The notes beneath the pieces are model-generated. The model had not been told where the DNA came from. It searched no databases and was given only the letters and a program-made list of their open reading frames with translations. 54,648 nt of DNA from Welwitschia mirabilis (Eukaryota), in assembly GCA_051453625.1 (NCBI GenBank), contig JBOZIK010000001.1:23330051-23384698 (forward strand), given 5' to 3'. How positions within the stretch are numbered: position 1 is the stretch's first letter; each line of letters opens with the position of its first letter. The position numbers and the translations under genes are program-made. Shown piece after piece: positions 1 to 13,771 of this stretch.

Positions 1-261
1 ACATTTTAAAAATATCTTATTCTAAATTATTTTATGAAAAGGTTTCTTTCATGGAATTAAATTTTGAAAAAAATAAACTCAGAAGGCATATTGCACACAC
101 CTAGGAATTACCTACCTAATTGTAATTTGAAGTTGACTAATTCTTCTCTAATATTTTCTTGTATAAGTAACCTTTCTATTTAATATTTCTTTTCTGAATT
201 AATCATATCATAGTATACTTTAGATAGAAAATAAAAAAATAATAATAACTAACATTCATCT
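1..261 (-). mobile_element. 5' leader / gag start of an Athila-like element running off the left edge
   Basis: Reverse complement (atgatatgattaattcagaaaag...caagaaaatattagagaagaattagtcaacttcaa...cctaggtgtgtgcaa) aligns by eye with 31128-31250, the leader/gag start of element B. Confidence 0.6.
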
Positions 262-811
262 NNNNNNNNNNNNNNNNNNNNNNNNNNNNNNNNNNNNNNN
301 NNNNNNNNNNNNNNNNNNNNNNNNNNNNNNNNNNNNNNNNNNNNNNNNNNNNNNNNNNNNNNNNNNNNNNNNNNNNNNNNNNNNNNNNNNNNNNNNNNNN
401 NNNNNNNNNNNNNNNNNNNNNNNNNNNNNNNNNNNNNNNNNNNNNNNNNNNNNNNNNNNNNNNNNNNNNNNNNNNNNNNNNNNNNNNNNNNNNNNNNNNN
501 NNNNNNNNNNNNNNNNNNNNNNNNNNNNNNNNNNNNNNNNNNNNNNNNNNNNNNNNNNNNNNNNNNNNNNNNNNNNNNNNNNNNNNNNNNNNNNNNNNNN
601 NNNNNNNNNNNNNNNNNNNNNNNNNNNNNNNNNNNNNNNNNNNNNNNNNNNNNNNNNNNNNNNNNNNNNNNNNNNNNNNNNNNNNNNNNNNNNNNNNNNN
701 NNNNNNNNNNNNNNNNNNNNNNNNNNNNNNNNNNNNNNNNNNNNNNNNNNNNNNNNNNNNNNNNNNNNNNNNNNNNNNNNNNNNNNNNNNNNNNNNNNNN
801 NNNNNNNNNNN

Positions 812-1882
812 TATTATATTTATTTTACAATCTAAAGAATCAATACAAGAAACAATGTAATGAAATACACTTATTCAAATGCAGATGTAATTTATTCTAG
901 ATGAATACTTATTTGATTAACAAATTAATTTATTAGGAATATTGACCTTATATAACCTAAATCATCTAGGAAAACTATCACTAATGAAAAATAACTTAAC
1001 TATCAAGTAAGTTGAATAGAATGTAATGTAAGTTAATTTAAAAATATACCTAAACTAATATCATCAACCTTAATAGAGGTTACCCTTAAGACCTATATTA
1101 TAAGTGAAACTATCACCAAACTAAGAATAATATAAACCATAAGGAGTATGTAAAGTATTAAAGAAATGACAGAGAAGCAAAGTTTATATTAATCGAATGA
1201 GCATCCAATTTACAAAGCAACTGCACCTCAATGGAGGATGCACAACCTCATACAAAGGAGACATCTCTCTACAACAATAAAGGATGGATCTCTTGCCCTT
1301 TGATTTCCTATCACAAGAATTTTTGGTGTTTTGAAGATGATAGAAAGATCAATGAAGAGGTTTATTTATACAAAAAGAAAAATGCAACTATCACTCAAGA
1401 TGTAACAGTTGTGCTAGAAATGTGCTTAATCCTGAGAAAGAAATGGATGAAATTTGGCAAGCCATTTCAATATCATCCTGGGAAGACACTGGAAAGGATG
1501 ATATATAAGCCATTATTTGTCATCTTGCATGTCATGAGGATAATAATGAAGATGATATCTATTTAGAAAAGAGGACTCATTAGCTCCTAGCTCCAGTCCA
1601 TGTTAGCATCCCAAATAGCTGCTAAAGTGCTATCATCCTACCTATCATGAGGACGATAGTCTTCCTTATCTTTCTAGCTTAAGATAAGTTAGCCTTTTGA
1701 ATAATTGATCTTTCTCTAAAGCACTGAGTATTAAAATATGCTTGAAATACCTCTAAATATGCCAAGAATTGTATGTTTCTAGGATCATACCATCAACTCT
1801 TCATAATCATTAGAATTGCATTTCAACATATATAAATGATACATAATAATTCATCAAGTACACATAATTTAGTAGCACATCA
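812..1882 (-). mobile_element. LTR (probably 5' LTR) of Athila-like Ty3/gypsy family, same family as B/C LTRs
   Basis: Minus strand begins TGATGTGCTACTAAATTATGTGTA, matching LTR starts at 2197 and 28891. 1433-1462 is the near-exact reverse complement of ~2591-2620. The 3' end lies in the gap 262-811. Confidence 0.75.
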
Positions 1883-2196
1883 ACCTTAATACTTAGTATT
1901 TACTATAATTTCATAAATTCATATAAGCTACTTGGTTAAAACTTCTCTTGGTTAATATTATGATCCAATAAAAATACAAAAAATATAATATATGATCATA
2001 GGTATAAATCATTTTTATCAATATACCATACACTTAGCATTATTTAATTNNNNNNNNNNNNNNNNNNNNNNNNNNNNNNNNNNNNNNNNNNNNNNNNNNN
2101 NNNNNNNNNNNNNNNNNNNNNNNNNNNNNNNNNNNNNNNNNNNNNNNNNNNNNNNNNNNNNNNNNNNNNNNNNNNNNNNNNNNNNNNNNCAAATAC

Positions 2197-3392
2197 TAAT
2201 GCACTGCCAAATCATGTGTATTTGATGGGATATGAGTTATTTTGTAGGACATTAGATAGGTTTATGCTAAGTTTCTATGATTTTGGAGAGTTAAAGAAAA
2301 AAAATCATGAAATCATATAGACTCCATTACATTTTGTAACTATTTAAAGCAATTCATGATACTTCTTGTCTAAAGTAAAAATATTGTAAATAAGAAGCTA
2401 ATGTAATTTAAGAATATCTTCATAAAAGCCTATAGTCCCCTTAATAATTTGGACGACAGTTATAAGACAAATGAATACTTGCTAACATGGATGATTATAG
2501 ACAAATTGAGCAATTGATGTGGAGCTTTTATAGTTGGCATCATCCCCTTTATTGTCTGGATGACAACTAGGATAACATTGAAGTAAAATGGCTTGCCAAC
2601 TTTCATCCATTTCTTTCTCATAATTAAGTGCATTTTTAATGTAACTATTACACTTTAATGATTGATTAGATTTTCCTTTAGCATAAATAAACCTCATCTT
2701 CAATCTTCCTATCTATCTTCGATGCATTAAAAATTCTTGTGATAGGAGATCAAATGGTGAGAGATCTATTCCTTGCTATTGTAAAGCGATGTCTTCCTTG
2801 GTATTGGGCTGTGCATCCTTCATTAAGGTGTAGATGCTTTGTAATTTGGATGCAAGTTTGCTTAATACAAACTATGTTTCTCTTTTATTTCTTTAATACT
2901 TTAGATGTTCCTTATTGTTTATCTTGTTTTTGATTTGGTGATGGTTTACTTATGATATAGATCATAAGGACAACTTTATTAAGGTTGAGGATATTAATTT
3001 AGATGCATTTTTAGATTGACTTGCATTAAATTCTATTCAACATACTTGATATCTTAAGTTAGCCTAGGATAGTAATAGTTTCCCTAACTAATTTAGGTTA
3101 TATAGGGCTAATATTTCTGACATGTCAATTTGGTAATCAGATAGGTATTCATCTAGAATAAATTGCATTTACATTTGTATAAGAGTGTTTCATTGTCTCT
3201 TGCATTATTATTCTAAAATAATAAAATATTTCTTTGGAAATCAATTTTATTTCTTCTTTTACATACCTTTAATAGGTTTACAACATTTGAGTCACTTCCA
3301 TCTATACTTGTGTATTGTATTTATAATATATATAATTGTGATTAACATGATTGAGTAAGATATAAAGGATTACCAAATTACACACTGCAGCA
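2197..3392 (+). mobile_element. Solo LTR, Athila-like family (3' part repeated at 4064-4610 across a gap)
   Basis: Starts taatgcactgccaaat (decayed TGATG...) and ends cacactgcagCA, like B LTR cacaccataaCA. No PBS follows. Flanks AATAC (2192-2196) and AATAT (3393-3397) form a 5-bp TSD with one C>T change. Confidence 0.8.
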
Positions 3393-6242
3393 AATATCTT
3401 AAATGTTTTCCATCACATAACCTTAAGGATAAAGTTGAATTTTGGTTAAGGGGTATGAAATCCAATTTTAACAATAAAATTCTTCATTTTGATGCCTTAA
3501 TTTAGAAAATTGGTGATAAAAAGTTTTAAGTTATATCTTTTACTCACTTAAGAGCTTTTAATACAAATAATATTTTCATGTTTTGCCATTTTGTTATTAA
3601 CTTTTTTACTAAAGCACCAGCAAAAGACTGGTTAGAGGATGTGTTAATATGTAAAAATTGACATTACGATCAAGTTAAATGATTAAATCATCTTAATGAA
3701 AGACATTAACATCATCAATTTCATCATAAAAGCATAACTTCTATTAATTATCACATTAATAATAGACTTATTATGTGCTCACGACATTTTTAAATGAATT
3801 ATTCTTAATTAGAGGACATGCCTTAACTTGATTATCAAATAGCTTAAAAAATTATGCCACTAGCAAGGGCTACCAATGCTAATATTCTATGTTCATAAAT
3901 TACCTCTAAAATTATGTTCTTAGCTTGTCATAAATAATTAAATCTAATTCAGTTATGGGTTTGANNNNNNNNNNNNNNNNNNNNNNNNNNNNNNNNNNNN
4001 NNNNNNNNNNNNNNNNNNNNNNNNNNNNNNNNNNNNNNNNNNNNNNNNNNNNNNNNNNNNNNNNTGAGTTTGCTTAATACAAACTATGTTTCTCTTTTGT
4101 TTCTTTAATACTTTACATGTTCCTTATGGTTTATGTTGTTTTTAATTTGGTGATGGTTTACTTATGATATAGGTCATAAGGACAACTTTATTAAGGTTGA
4201 GGATATTAATTTGGATGCATTTTTAGATTGACTTGCATTACATTCTATTCAACTTACTTGATATCTTAAGTTAGTCTAGGATAGTAATAGTTTCCCTAAC
4301 TAATTTAGATTACATAGGGCTAATCTTTCTGATAAGTCAATTTGGTAATCATATAGGTATTCATCTAGAATAAATTGCATTTACATTTGTATAAGTGTGT
4401 TTCATTATCTCTTGCATTATTATTTAAATTATAAAATAATAAAATATTTCTTTGAATATCAATTTTCTTTCTTCTTTTATATACCTTTAATAGGTTTACA
4501 ACATTTGAGTCACTTCCATCTATACTAGTGTATTATATTTATAATATATATAATTGTGATTAACATGATTGAGTAAGATGTAAAGGATTATAAAATTACA
4601 CACTGTAGCAAATATCTTAAATGTTTTCCATCACATAACTTTAAGAATAAAGTTGAATTTTGGTTAGGGGGTATGACATCCAATTTTAACAATAAAATTC
4701 TTCATTTTGATGTCCTAGTTTAGAAAATTAGTGATAAAAAGTTTTAAGTTACATCTTTTGCTCACTTAAGAACCTTTAATATAAATAATCTTTTCATGTT
4801 TAGCCATTTTGTTATTAACTGTTTTACTAAAGTACCAACAAAAGACTGGTTAGAGGATGTGTTAATATGTAAAAATTAACATTACAACCAAGTTAAATGA
4901 TCAATTCATCTTAATGAAAGACATTAACATCATAAATTTCATCATAAAGGCATAACTTCTATTAATTATCACATTAATTATAGACTTATGGTGTGCTCAT
5001 GACATTTTTAGATGAATTATGCTTAATTAGAGGACATGCCTTAACTTGATTATCAAATAGATTAAAACATCATGCCACTAGCAAGGGCTACCAATGCTAC
5101 TATTCTATGTTCATAAATTACCTCTAAACTTATTTTCTTAGCTTGTCATAGATAATTAAATCTAATTCAGTTATGGGCTTAATAAAATCTCATATAAAAG
5201 ACAAATTTCATTCTAGATGACATGTAACAGTGATAATCTAGACTCGCAGAGTGATATTTGATAGGGCTAAGTAGGATTACAGTGATGACACATGGTGTAG
5301 ATAGTGGTTAATAGTAGCTACAATACTCTAAAGCCTAGTTTTAGTGTCGTCATAAGCATCTTCACCAAATAAAAAGAAGACAAATCATCCTACCTAAATA
5401 TCATGATTTTGTAACCATCCACTTAACATTGTAAGGCAAAAGCTTATAACCACTTATCTCCCCTATATCTCCCTATGAAAGGGATTTGAACACTTTATTG
5501 TATCATATTTGGCTTCAAAAAATTTTAGAATATTATAGAATAAAATTGTGATGACTTTCTAAGCCACTCTTTGGAGGTGTAAACTAGTCTTTAAGGAGTG
5601 CTAAGGAGTTCTTTTTGCATCTTTTTTCCTTTGCTATAAAGTTGTTCTTTTTTACAATGCAAAAGTTGTTACTTTTTTATTTCAATTCATGAGTGATATT
5701 ATAATTAGAATGATTAGATAACTATTTTAACCATTAAACTTTATTACATTTTGAGTGAGCTCTTTTAATGTCTGATTTAACTCTTTTAACGTTATAGATC
5801 TTAAGTACTTAGGTTCTTACTTTCTATTATTGTTTAAGGCTTTGACGATCAAGTGGAAATTGAGTTAGCCATTAATTATATAGTGAATGAAATAATGTTA
5901 TTATGATATAATCCAAGAGCATTTAATTATTTAAGTGTGTTGTAAGAAGGCACTTAGATAACATTAGAGTAAAGGATTACTTGAAACAAATTAGTGAAGA
6001 CCTGGAGTTAGATTGCTTTCTTCCTCTCTTAAGTCGAACTTTCAACAAAACTCTAAAAATCATCCCTTTTTGCTTTTCTTTTCTTGAAGTTTGTAACTTG
6101 AATTAAGATTAAGTTTATGTAATTCTAAACCACTACCCATGTCATCCATGAGGAAGAATAATAGCTAAGTGTAGACTTAGCTTTAGATTCAATTCACTAT
6201 AAACAATGAACAACTATAACTACCACACACAAACTTAAATCA
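3393..6242 (+). mobile_element. Remnant 3' internal region and possible LTR of another Ty3/gypsy element
   Basis: ~3420-3460 (ccttaaggataaagttgaatttttggttaaggggtatg) resembles the PPT-like motif seen in reverse at ~8350-8390. The segment ends in an LTR-like ...aaacttaaatCA at 6242. No coding motif recognised. Confidence 0.35.
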
Positions 6243-6565
6243 TGTAGATTTTATCCCAAACTTTCTAATGATTACAATCTTTCTACTTATTAGGATACTC
6301 CTTTTATTAAGAATTATTATTCTTGGAAAATTATATTCTAATTTATTCATGTTCTCATGTAGATATATATAATTATGTGAGTAAAAGCAATAAACATAAA
6401 GATTACTACATAAAACATTCACTATCTATATTTAAGTAATATAAAATCTTAATATTAACTCTCTTGGTAAATTAATGATAAGATAAAAGAAAAGAAACAT
6501 GAGCCTTTTCATGAAAACCATAACAGAATTGTATTCTAATTAACTTAACAAAAACTATTATTACA

Positions 6566-8173
6566 TGTTTAGTGTATAGCAGTAAACTAAATTTAACTAA
6601 GTTTGTATCATTTTTTCATAGGAATATACATGATAAATTTATTAAAAGATACATGATTATTCTATCTTACAATGAAAAATCAAAAAAAATAGAAAAGCAA
6701 AGTTTAAGATAAATTGATCTTCGATGGGATGACATAAGAAAAAGAACGTGCTTTAAGAATCTAATCAATTCACCCAATACTCCACTTTTGCTCTAATGAT
6801 TTTTGTATTCTAATATATAAAATAAAAGTATTAAGTCATTAAGGCTTGGTGTGAAGACATAAACTCATACATCACATGAGTGTTAGTGAAGTATTTAGTC
6901 CTTGTGATACTTCATAGCCCTTCATAATGATGGAAAGTATGAACTAAAATGTGTAACAACCATTAAATGATAGAAACTATGAATTCCCAAAAGTAACCTC
7001 TAATAACTTACTCAGTACAAAATAACTTGACAATTAAGTAAGCTTTATTTAAAAATTTCTAATGCCTATTTCTATGTATTAATAACAAAATAATAAAACT
7101 TACTTAAGAACTAGTCTTACTTAAAGATTGCTAGTACCACATGCACGATTATGAACAATGAAAGGAATAAAATTGTATTAAAATTAAAANNNNNNNNNNN
7201 NNNNNNNNNNNNNNNNNNNNNNNNNNNNNNNNNNNNNNNNNNNNNNNNNNNNNNNNNNNNNNNNNNNNNNNNNNNNNNNNNNNNNNNNNAAAACTTACTT
7301 AAGAACTAGTCTTACTTAAAGATTACTAGTACCGCATGCACGATTATGAACAATGAAAGAAATAAAATTGTATTAAAATTAAAAGATATACATTACATTA
7401 AATAGAGAAAGATGAAGAAAAAAGACTCTTTAACTAATCCTAGACATTTCACTCCTAAGAAATATTATCAAAACACTAGGACATCCTAGCACTCCAAGTC
7501 CTTTCCATGTTAGCCAACCAAAAGATCCATTACAATTGGGACTCAATGCCCTTTTATATATTAGGGAAAGATTGGATAGCTTTATCATGATTATGTTAGA
7601 CAAGTATTAGGGGGGTAGTTACATAAGGGATATTACTTAAGAATGGTTACATAAGGAGGAAGTTTACAATTTTTAACATGTAACCACAAAGGAAGATTTT
7701 TTATCTTCTTATGCAAACACGGTGATGACATTTCCTTTGATTACTGATGACACTGCCAATGGATGTCATATCATGCTTCTTCCACATGATCATCCTTATT
7801 ATTACCATATGTTACTATGATGTGTCATTTTATACTTTTGTCGTGTGTCATTNNNNNNNNNNNNNNNNNNNNNNNNNNNNNNNNNNNNNNNNNNNNNNNN
7901 NNNNNNNNNNNNNCCCTAAGATGATGTAAGAATATGAGTTTTGAGAAGTTTAGAATCACAAGTATAATGATACCAACATTATTTGCTAGATTACCTTTGA
8001 ATTTTGTAGTGTTGTCTAGAATTCAATAATAAACTTCTCATATTAGAGGAAAGCTCATAATTTTACGAAAAATAATAAAAAGAGTAGAAAACATCATTTT
8101 GTAATAAAATCATAGATTTAATGTTTTACCCTATGCTAAACTTGATTGGAATGTTAATTTTTTCATGTAAACA
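6566..8173 (-). repeat. 3' LTR of element D
   Basis: Minus strand TGTTTACATG...ctatacactaaaCA; collinear with 14754-16597 (e.g. ttaagtcattaaggcttg, tacttcatagcccttcataa, gaaagctcataatttta). Confidence 0.75.
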
Positions 8174-8210
8174 CATCCACTAACTAGACTTTTACTACAC
8201 CCTTAGCAAA
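8174..8210 (-). promoter_or_regulatory. Decayed polypurine tract region of element D
   Basis: Minus strand ttgctaagggtgtagtaaaagtctagttagtggatg directly precedes the TG of the 3' LTR; resembles the Athila-type ...AGCAAAAG.CTAAGTTTGGGGG.G context. Confidence 0.5.
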
Positions 8211-11200
8211 AAGTTGATAAAGAAATGAGCAACATGGAAAAATTTAGTAAGTAAAATGATAGTAAGAAAATGATATGACATTTTTAAAAACATTTGATCA
8301 ATTTTTAACAAATAAAGTATCAAAATCAAAAAATGTTTATAAAAGTGGATGCCATACCCCTAACTAAATTAAAATTTGTTATCAAAGTTGAAAAGAAGAA
8401 AAATTTTGATACAATACTTTTGAGAACAAGGTGATTACATTACATGGTTTTTAAATTTAAGGCTAATAAATTATGTTAATGTAAGTATTTTAAAAAAAAC
8501 TATAGTTCAAAGGCTTAAACTAAAATGTAATCATTAGGGGACACCAAACATGCAACACCCACAAATTTACAAGATAGAATACTTAAGTTAATGGCCACAG
8601 TTATAAAAAAAATTTCAAATTTTATTCTAAATTTAAAAGATATCACAATATTTTACAAACAAAAAATCTTCTAAGTAAACTTATAAGCTATCAAAAATCA
8701 GTTATGCAAATCTCCAAGTACATAATTTAAGAAAAGTAAACATAAAAGAATCTTTTAATTCCACCTTTGTCATTCCAATTTACCTTTTCTCCAATCATGT
8801 TTTACTCCTTGTTTCAAGCATCTTGATCTAGTTGGGCATCTAGTATTATGACATCTCATTCCAATAGAGTTAAGCATGTTGATATATAAAGGAGTATGTA
8901 ATGCATTTCGACTGAGTACTTATAGCCTCAAGGCAGTTGAACACGTTATAAAATAAATCATTAGAGCTACTAGCAACAAGTATCCATAGCCCTAACTTAG
9001 GTAACTAAAACCAATTTTTATTGATCATTGTATGATGTGCTTTTGGATAGGATATTTTGCATTTTATTTTAATTACTCCATTTCAGATTCATTTACTTTT
9101 TTAATGCACATGAAGGGGTTATTGGTTNNNNNNNNNNNNNNNNNNNNNNNNNNNNNNNNNNNNNNNNNNNNNNNNNNNNNNNNNNNNNNNNNNNNNNNNN
9201 NNNNNNNNNNNNNNNNNNNNNNNNNNNATATGACATTTTTGAAAACATTTTGATCAATTTTAGCAAATAAGATATCAAAATCAAAAAGTGTTTGTAAAAG
9301 TGGATGTCATACCCCTAACTAAATTAAAATTTGTCATCAAAGTTACAAAGAAGAAAAATTTTGATACAATACTTTTGAGAACAAGGTGATTACATTACAT
9401 GGTTTTTTAATTTAAGGCTAGTAAATTATGTTAATGCAAGTATTTTAGAAAAAACTATAGTGTAAAGGCTTAAAATAAAATACAATCATTAAGGAACACC
9501 AAACATGCAACACCCACAAATTTAAAAGATAGAATACTTAAGTTAATGGCCACATTTATTTAAAAAAATTTCAAATTTTACTCTAAATTCACAAGATATC
9601 ACAATATTTTACAAACAAGATATCTTCTAAGAAACTTATAAGCTATCAAAAATTAGTTATGCAAATCTTTAAGTACATAATTTAAGGAAAGTAAACATAA
9701 AATAATCTTTTAATTCCACCTTTATCATTCCAATTTACCTTTTCTCCAATCATGTTTTACTCCTTGTTTTAAGCATTTTGATCTACTTGGGCATCTAGTA
9801 TTATGAAATCTCATTCCAAATGAGTTAAGCATGTTGATATATAAAGGAATATGTAATGAATTTTAACTAAGTGCTTATAGCCTCAAGGCAGTTGATCATG
9901 TTATAAAATAAATAATTAGAGCTACTAGCAATGAGTATCCATAGCCCTAACTTAGGTAACTAAAACCAATTTTTACTGATCATTATATGATGTGCTTTTG
10001 AATAGGATATTTTACATTTTATTTTAATTACTCCATTTCAGATTTAATTACTTTTTTGATGCACATGAAGGGGTTATTGGTTTACTAGACTAATCAAGAT
10101 AAATCTTATCCTCATAAATACTTTAAAAATAATTAACTTAGCATAATAGTAGATTCCACCTTAATTCAATCATATTTTTCAAATAGAATACATTAAATAA
10201 AACTAACTTTATGAATTTAAATTAAAAATAAGTAAAACCTTTTTCTTAAAAAAATTACAAGTAAACTTAAATTATACCTAATATTTAATGATAAGAGGAT
10301 CACTTATTAATATTTTATTTCATTCAAGACCATTAACAAGGATTATTTAATCTTAAAAATTTGGTGATAGATGGAAGAGGAGGGTGATTGATGAATCTAA
10401 GGAGGAATAGCAAAATGAAAAGAATGGATAATGTTATTTTAGGAAATGATGATTTATTCAGTGTTGTAGGTGGAATTTTTAATTTCCTAAATGAAAATTC
10501 TTAAGGCGGTAATTATGTAGGTAATAGTACATAGGTAGCTTAAGATGAGAAAGGGATCAAGCATAATTTTTTTAGCAATTTTTTAAGCCAAAATCTAATT
10601 TAAAAGAAAAATATACTTTAAAAAAAAGTCTAATCTAAAAGTACACAAAGAAACCAAAAAATTTTCAAGGGATTTCCTAAGGTATTACATGCGTGAAGAT
10701 TTAAGATGGTGAATGCAATGGTTAGATGATCTGTTGAAATATTACAATGTATTAAAGAATGTAAGAGAGAATTCTTATAAACATGTATGCATATATCTAT
10801 AAAAATGGACATAACATCAATGCTAGTAGTATAATTAATGCTTTTAAAATAAAAAATTATCCATCCTTTAGCCTATTTATGTTTACTTAAAGACCCCTAT
10901 AGGATATTATTTTGACATGCAAATAAAGATGAATTAAAGATCATTACAGAGGGAAAATAATCATCAAGAATTTTTCTAAAAATGGTTCTAAAGGTACAAT
11001 GTATTTTTCTTTATCATGGAGGTTTAAGTCTTTCTTAAAAGATAGTGATATGTTTGGCTTAAGATTTTATTGAAAAAAGATAAAGGTTTTTTAAAGGATG
11101 AATCATGGATAGGCTCTTAGCTAATGTNNNNNNNNNNNNNNNNNNNNNNNNNNNNNNNNNNNNNNNNNNNNNNNNNNNNNNNNNNNNNNNNNNNNNNNNN

Positions 11201-11410
11201 NNNNNNNNNNNNNNNNNNNNNNNNNNNGATGAATTAGAGATCATTATAGAGCAAAAATTATCATCAAGAATTTTTCTGAAAATGGTTCTAAAGGTACAAT
11301 GGGTTTTTCTTTATCATGAAGGTTTAAGTCTTACTTAAAAGATAGTAAAATGTTTGGCTTAAGATTTTATTGGAAAAAGATAAAGGTTTTTTAAAGGATG
11401 AATCATGGAT

Positions 11411-12093
11411 AGGCTCTTAGCTAGTGTTCTCCTCTTTAGTAGTGTTTAAAGTGGATTCTTATTCAAGTATTTGCTCAAGTTATAATTGTTGTGATTCAAA
11501 TATTGGTTCATTTTTAATGTTGTTTACTTCATCAATGTCATTTATTTATTTGTCCTCTATTGTATAACTGTCTAGTTTGTAGTCTCCCTTAAATGTTTTC
11601 TCATTTACTATAGATTAATCATCATTAGATATATCTAATCCTACTTCAAAATATGATCTAGTTACATCTTGTTGTTCACTCTCTAAAGCATTTTGAAACT
11701 AAAGATCCTCTTTGATATCCTTGTAGGTTTATTTGCGGTTTTCTTCAAAGGTTTTTTCCCTCATTCCTAAGGGATATTGTTTAGGTGTTATCAATTCTAA
11801 TCTTAGGCTTTTAGCTAATGTCCTACTCTTTAGTAGTATTTGTAGTGAATTATTCTTCAAGTATTTGCTCAAGTTACAATGGTTATAATTCAAAGATTGG
11901 TTTATTTTCAATGTTGTTTACTTCATCAATGTCACTTATTGATTCGTCCTCTGTTGTGTAACTCTCTAGTTTATAGTATCCCTCAAATGTTTGTTCATTT
12001 ACTATAGATTAATCATCATTAGATATATCTAATCCTACTTCAAAATATAATCTAGTNNNNNNNNNNTGTTTGCTCTTTTTCTATAGATTAATA

Positions 12094-12138
<45 letters not shown>

Positions 12139-12300
12139 CCTACTCCAAAATATAATCTAGTTACATCTTGTTGTTCACTCTCTAAAGCATTTTGAAACTC
12201 AATATCCTCTTTGATATTTATGTAGGTTTTTTTGTGGTTTGCTTTAAGGGTTTCTACCTCATTCCTAAGGAATATTGCTTAGGTGTTATAGATTCTGGTC
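11411..12300. repeat. Tandem duplication, ~394-bp unit, inside D
   Basis: 11411-11804 repeats from 11805 (aggct.ttagcta.tgt.ct.ctctttagtagt...) with no N gap at the junction. Minus-strand translation (NNSLQILLKSRTLAK) resembles the gag-end AITLRSG region. Confidence 0.8.
12101..12134. repeat. (TA)17 microsatellite
   Basis: Read directly from the sequence. Confidence 0.95.
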
Positions 12301-13753
12301 TTATTAATCCCTTCAATGTCTTTAAGGTTCTTAGGTTCATGGAATGTAAAAAGGTTTTCTTTGTGTTGTTGTTGATTAAGAGCCATAATAATTTAGTCAT
12401 TAGTTTGGACTAATTGTTGAAAGATTTTATCAATGTTTTCCTTGGTTTTATTGATAGTTTCTTCCAAAAAATTAGAACAAAATTGAAGTATGTTGGAAGA
12501 ATATTTAATCGAACTTTTAAAACCCTTTAAAATGCATCTTCAAAGAAGGTGAGTTGCTTTTTTGGATGTAGGAAGATGAGGGGTATTGATCAAATGATGA
12601 AGAATAATAAAAGAAAGATGAAGGATAAGGGTCAAAGGACAATGAATATAAAAATGAAGATGAAGGATAAGAATTGTGAGGGATGATGAAAGACATAGAT
12701 TAATGTCCCATTATTCGACATATGGATTTTGAAATTCAGAGTTGTAATGAGGTTGATCTCTATATGGATAGGATTGAAGATACGTTTCTAAGGTCTATCT
12801 AGTATTAAAAGAATTTAAGAGATGAAGATGATATAAGTTACATTAAAGGTATTTTCTTTATTTTTTTTTTTTAGGCTAATGGAGTTTACCATAGTTCATT
12901 TGGATTGATTATGTTTTTAGAAACTATAGGATAGATAGGTTACTGTGCATCAGCAGTTTGAATTAAGTTGGGTCTCCAACTAGTTGATAAGTTTTGGCAA
13001 ATGGATTATAGTTTTATTTAAAGGTTCACATTCTGTTGAATTTTTATAGTTTAAGAGGAAACATATAAGTAGAAATTATTTAGAAAGTTCACAAAAGATT
13101 TTAATTAAAATTACAAAGGATTTAGAGTGGGAATGCTGGCAATACTAATTAAGAAATGCAGCGGCACTAGTTGTTATATGAAAAATAGTGTGGAAAAACA
13201 TAGAGAACTTATTCAAGTCTATGTAACAGGTTTTTGGTTATTGGGTTTAAAAAATTTTTAGAAGAAAATAAATCAATTGTAACTTAGGAAAAAAAATTTA
13301 ACCTAGAAAATAACCCCATACATTTTTTTATTTTATTAAAATTTTAACAAGTTCAAAACTGTATAGAACTAAAAAAATTGTAGAATTTTATAAAATAAAA
13401 AAGCACAAAACATACAAAGAAAAATATTAGAGTTTATAATCTAGTTTTTCTCCTTTGATATATCTATTTTTATTGAAACCTATAGGAAATTTATTAGACT
13501 TATAATATGAAATTTTAGATATAGAGGTATGTTTTTACATTAGAAGTAAAACTAAATAAAACTCAAAAAGAAGTGGATTAGTTCATGTTTATCTAAAAAA
13601 AACTAGTACCCCCCACTAGAAGGAGGAAAACACAAAAATGAAAGAGAAATATACTATTTTAAGTATGTATAGAAGAGGATCAATATCCACTAGCAGAAAA
13701 ATAAAAACTAACAAATAAAATTACAAGAAGAAAATCATGTACTCTTGCAAATA

Positions 13754-13771
13754 TCCCCGATAAGGTTGCCA
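13754..13771 (-). promoter_or_regulatory. Primer binding site of D (Athila-type; duplicate at 14731-14748)
   Basis: Minus strand tggcaaccttatcgggga vs Athila-type TGGCGCCGTTGCCGGGGA (13/18), a few bases after the LTR end. Confidence 0.65.

Noticed and set aside
1231..1566. 111-aa ORF as a gene
   Set aside because: It lies antisense within an LTR, with no recognisable domain.
812..3392. DNA transposon with long terminal inverted repeats
   Set aside because: The arms are LTRs of the B/C family and one has its own TSD.
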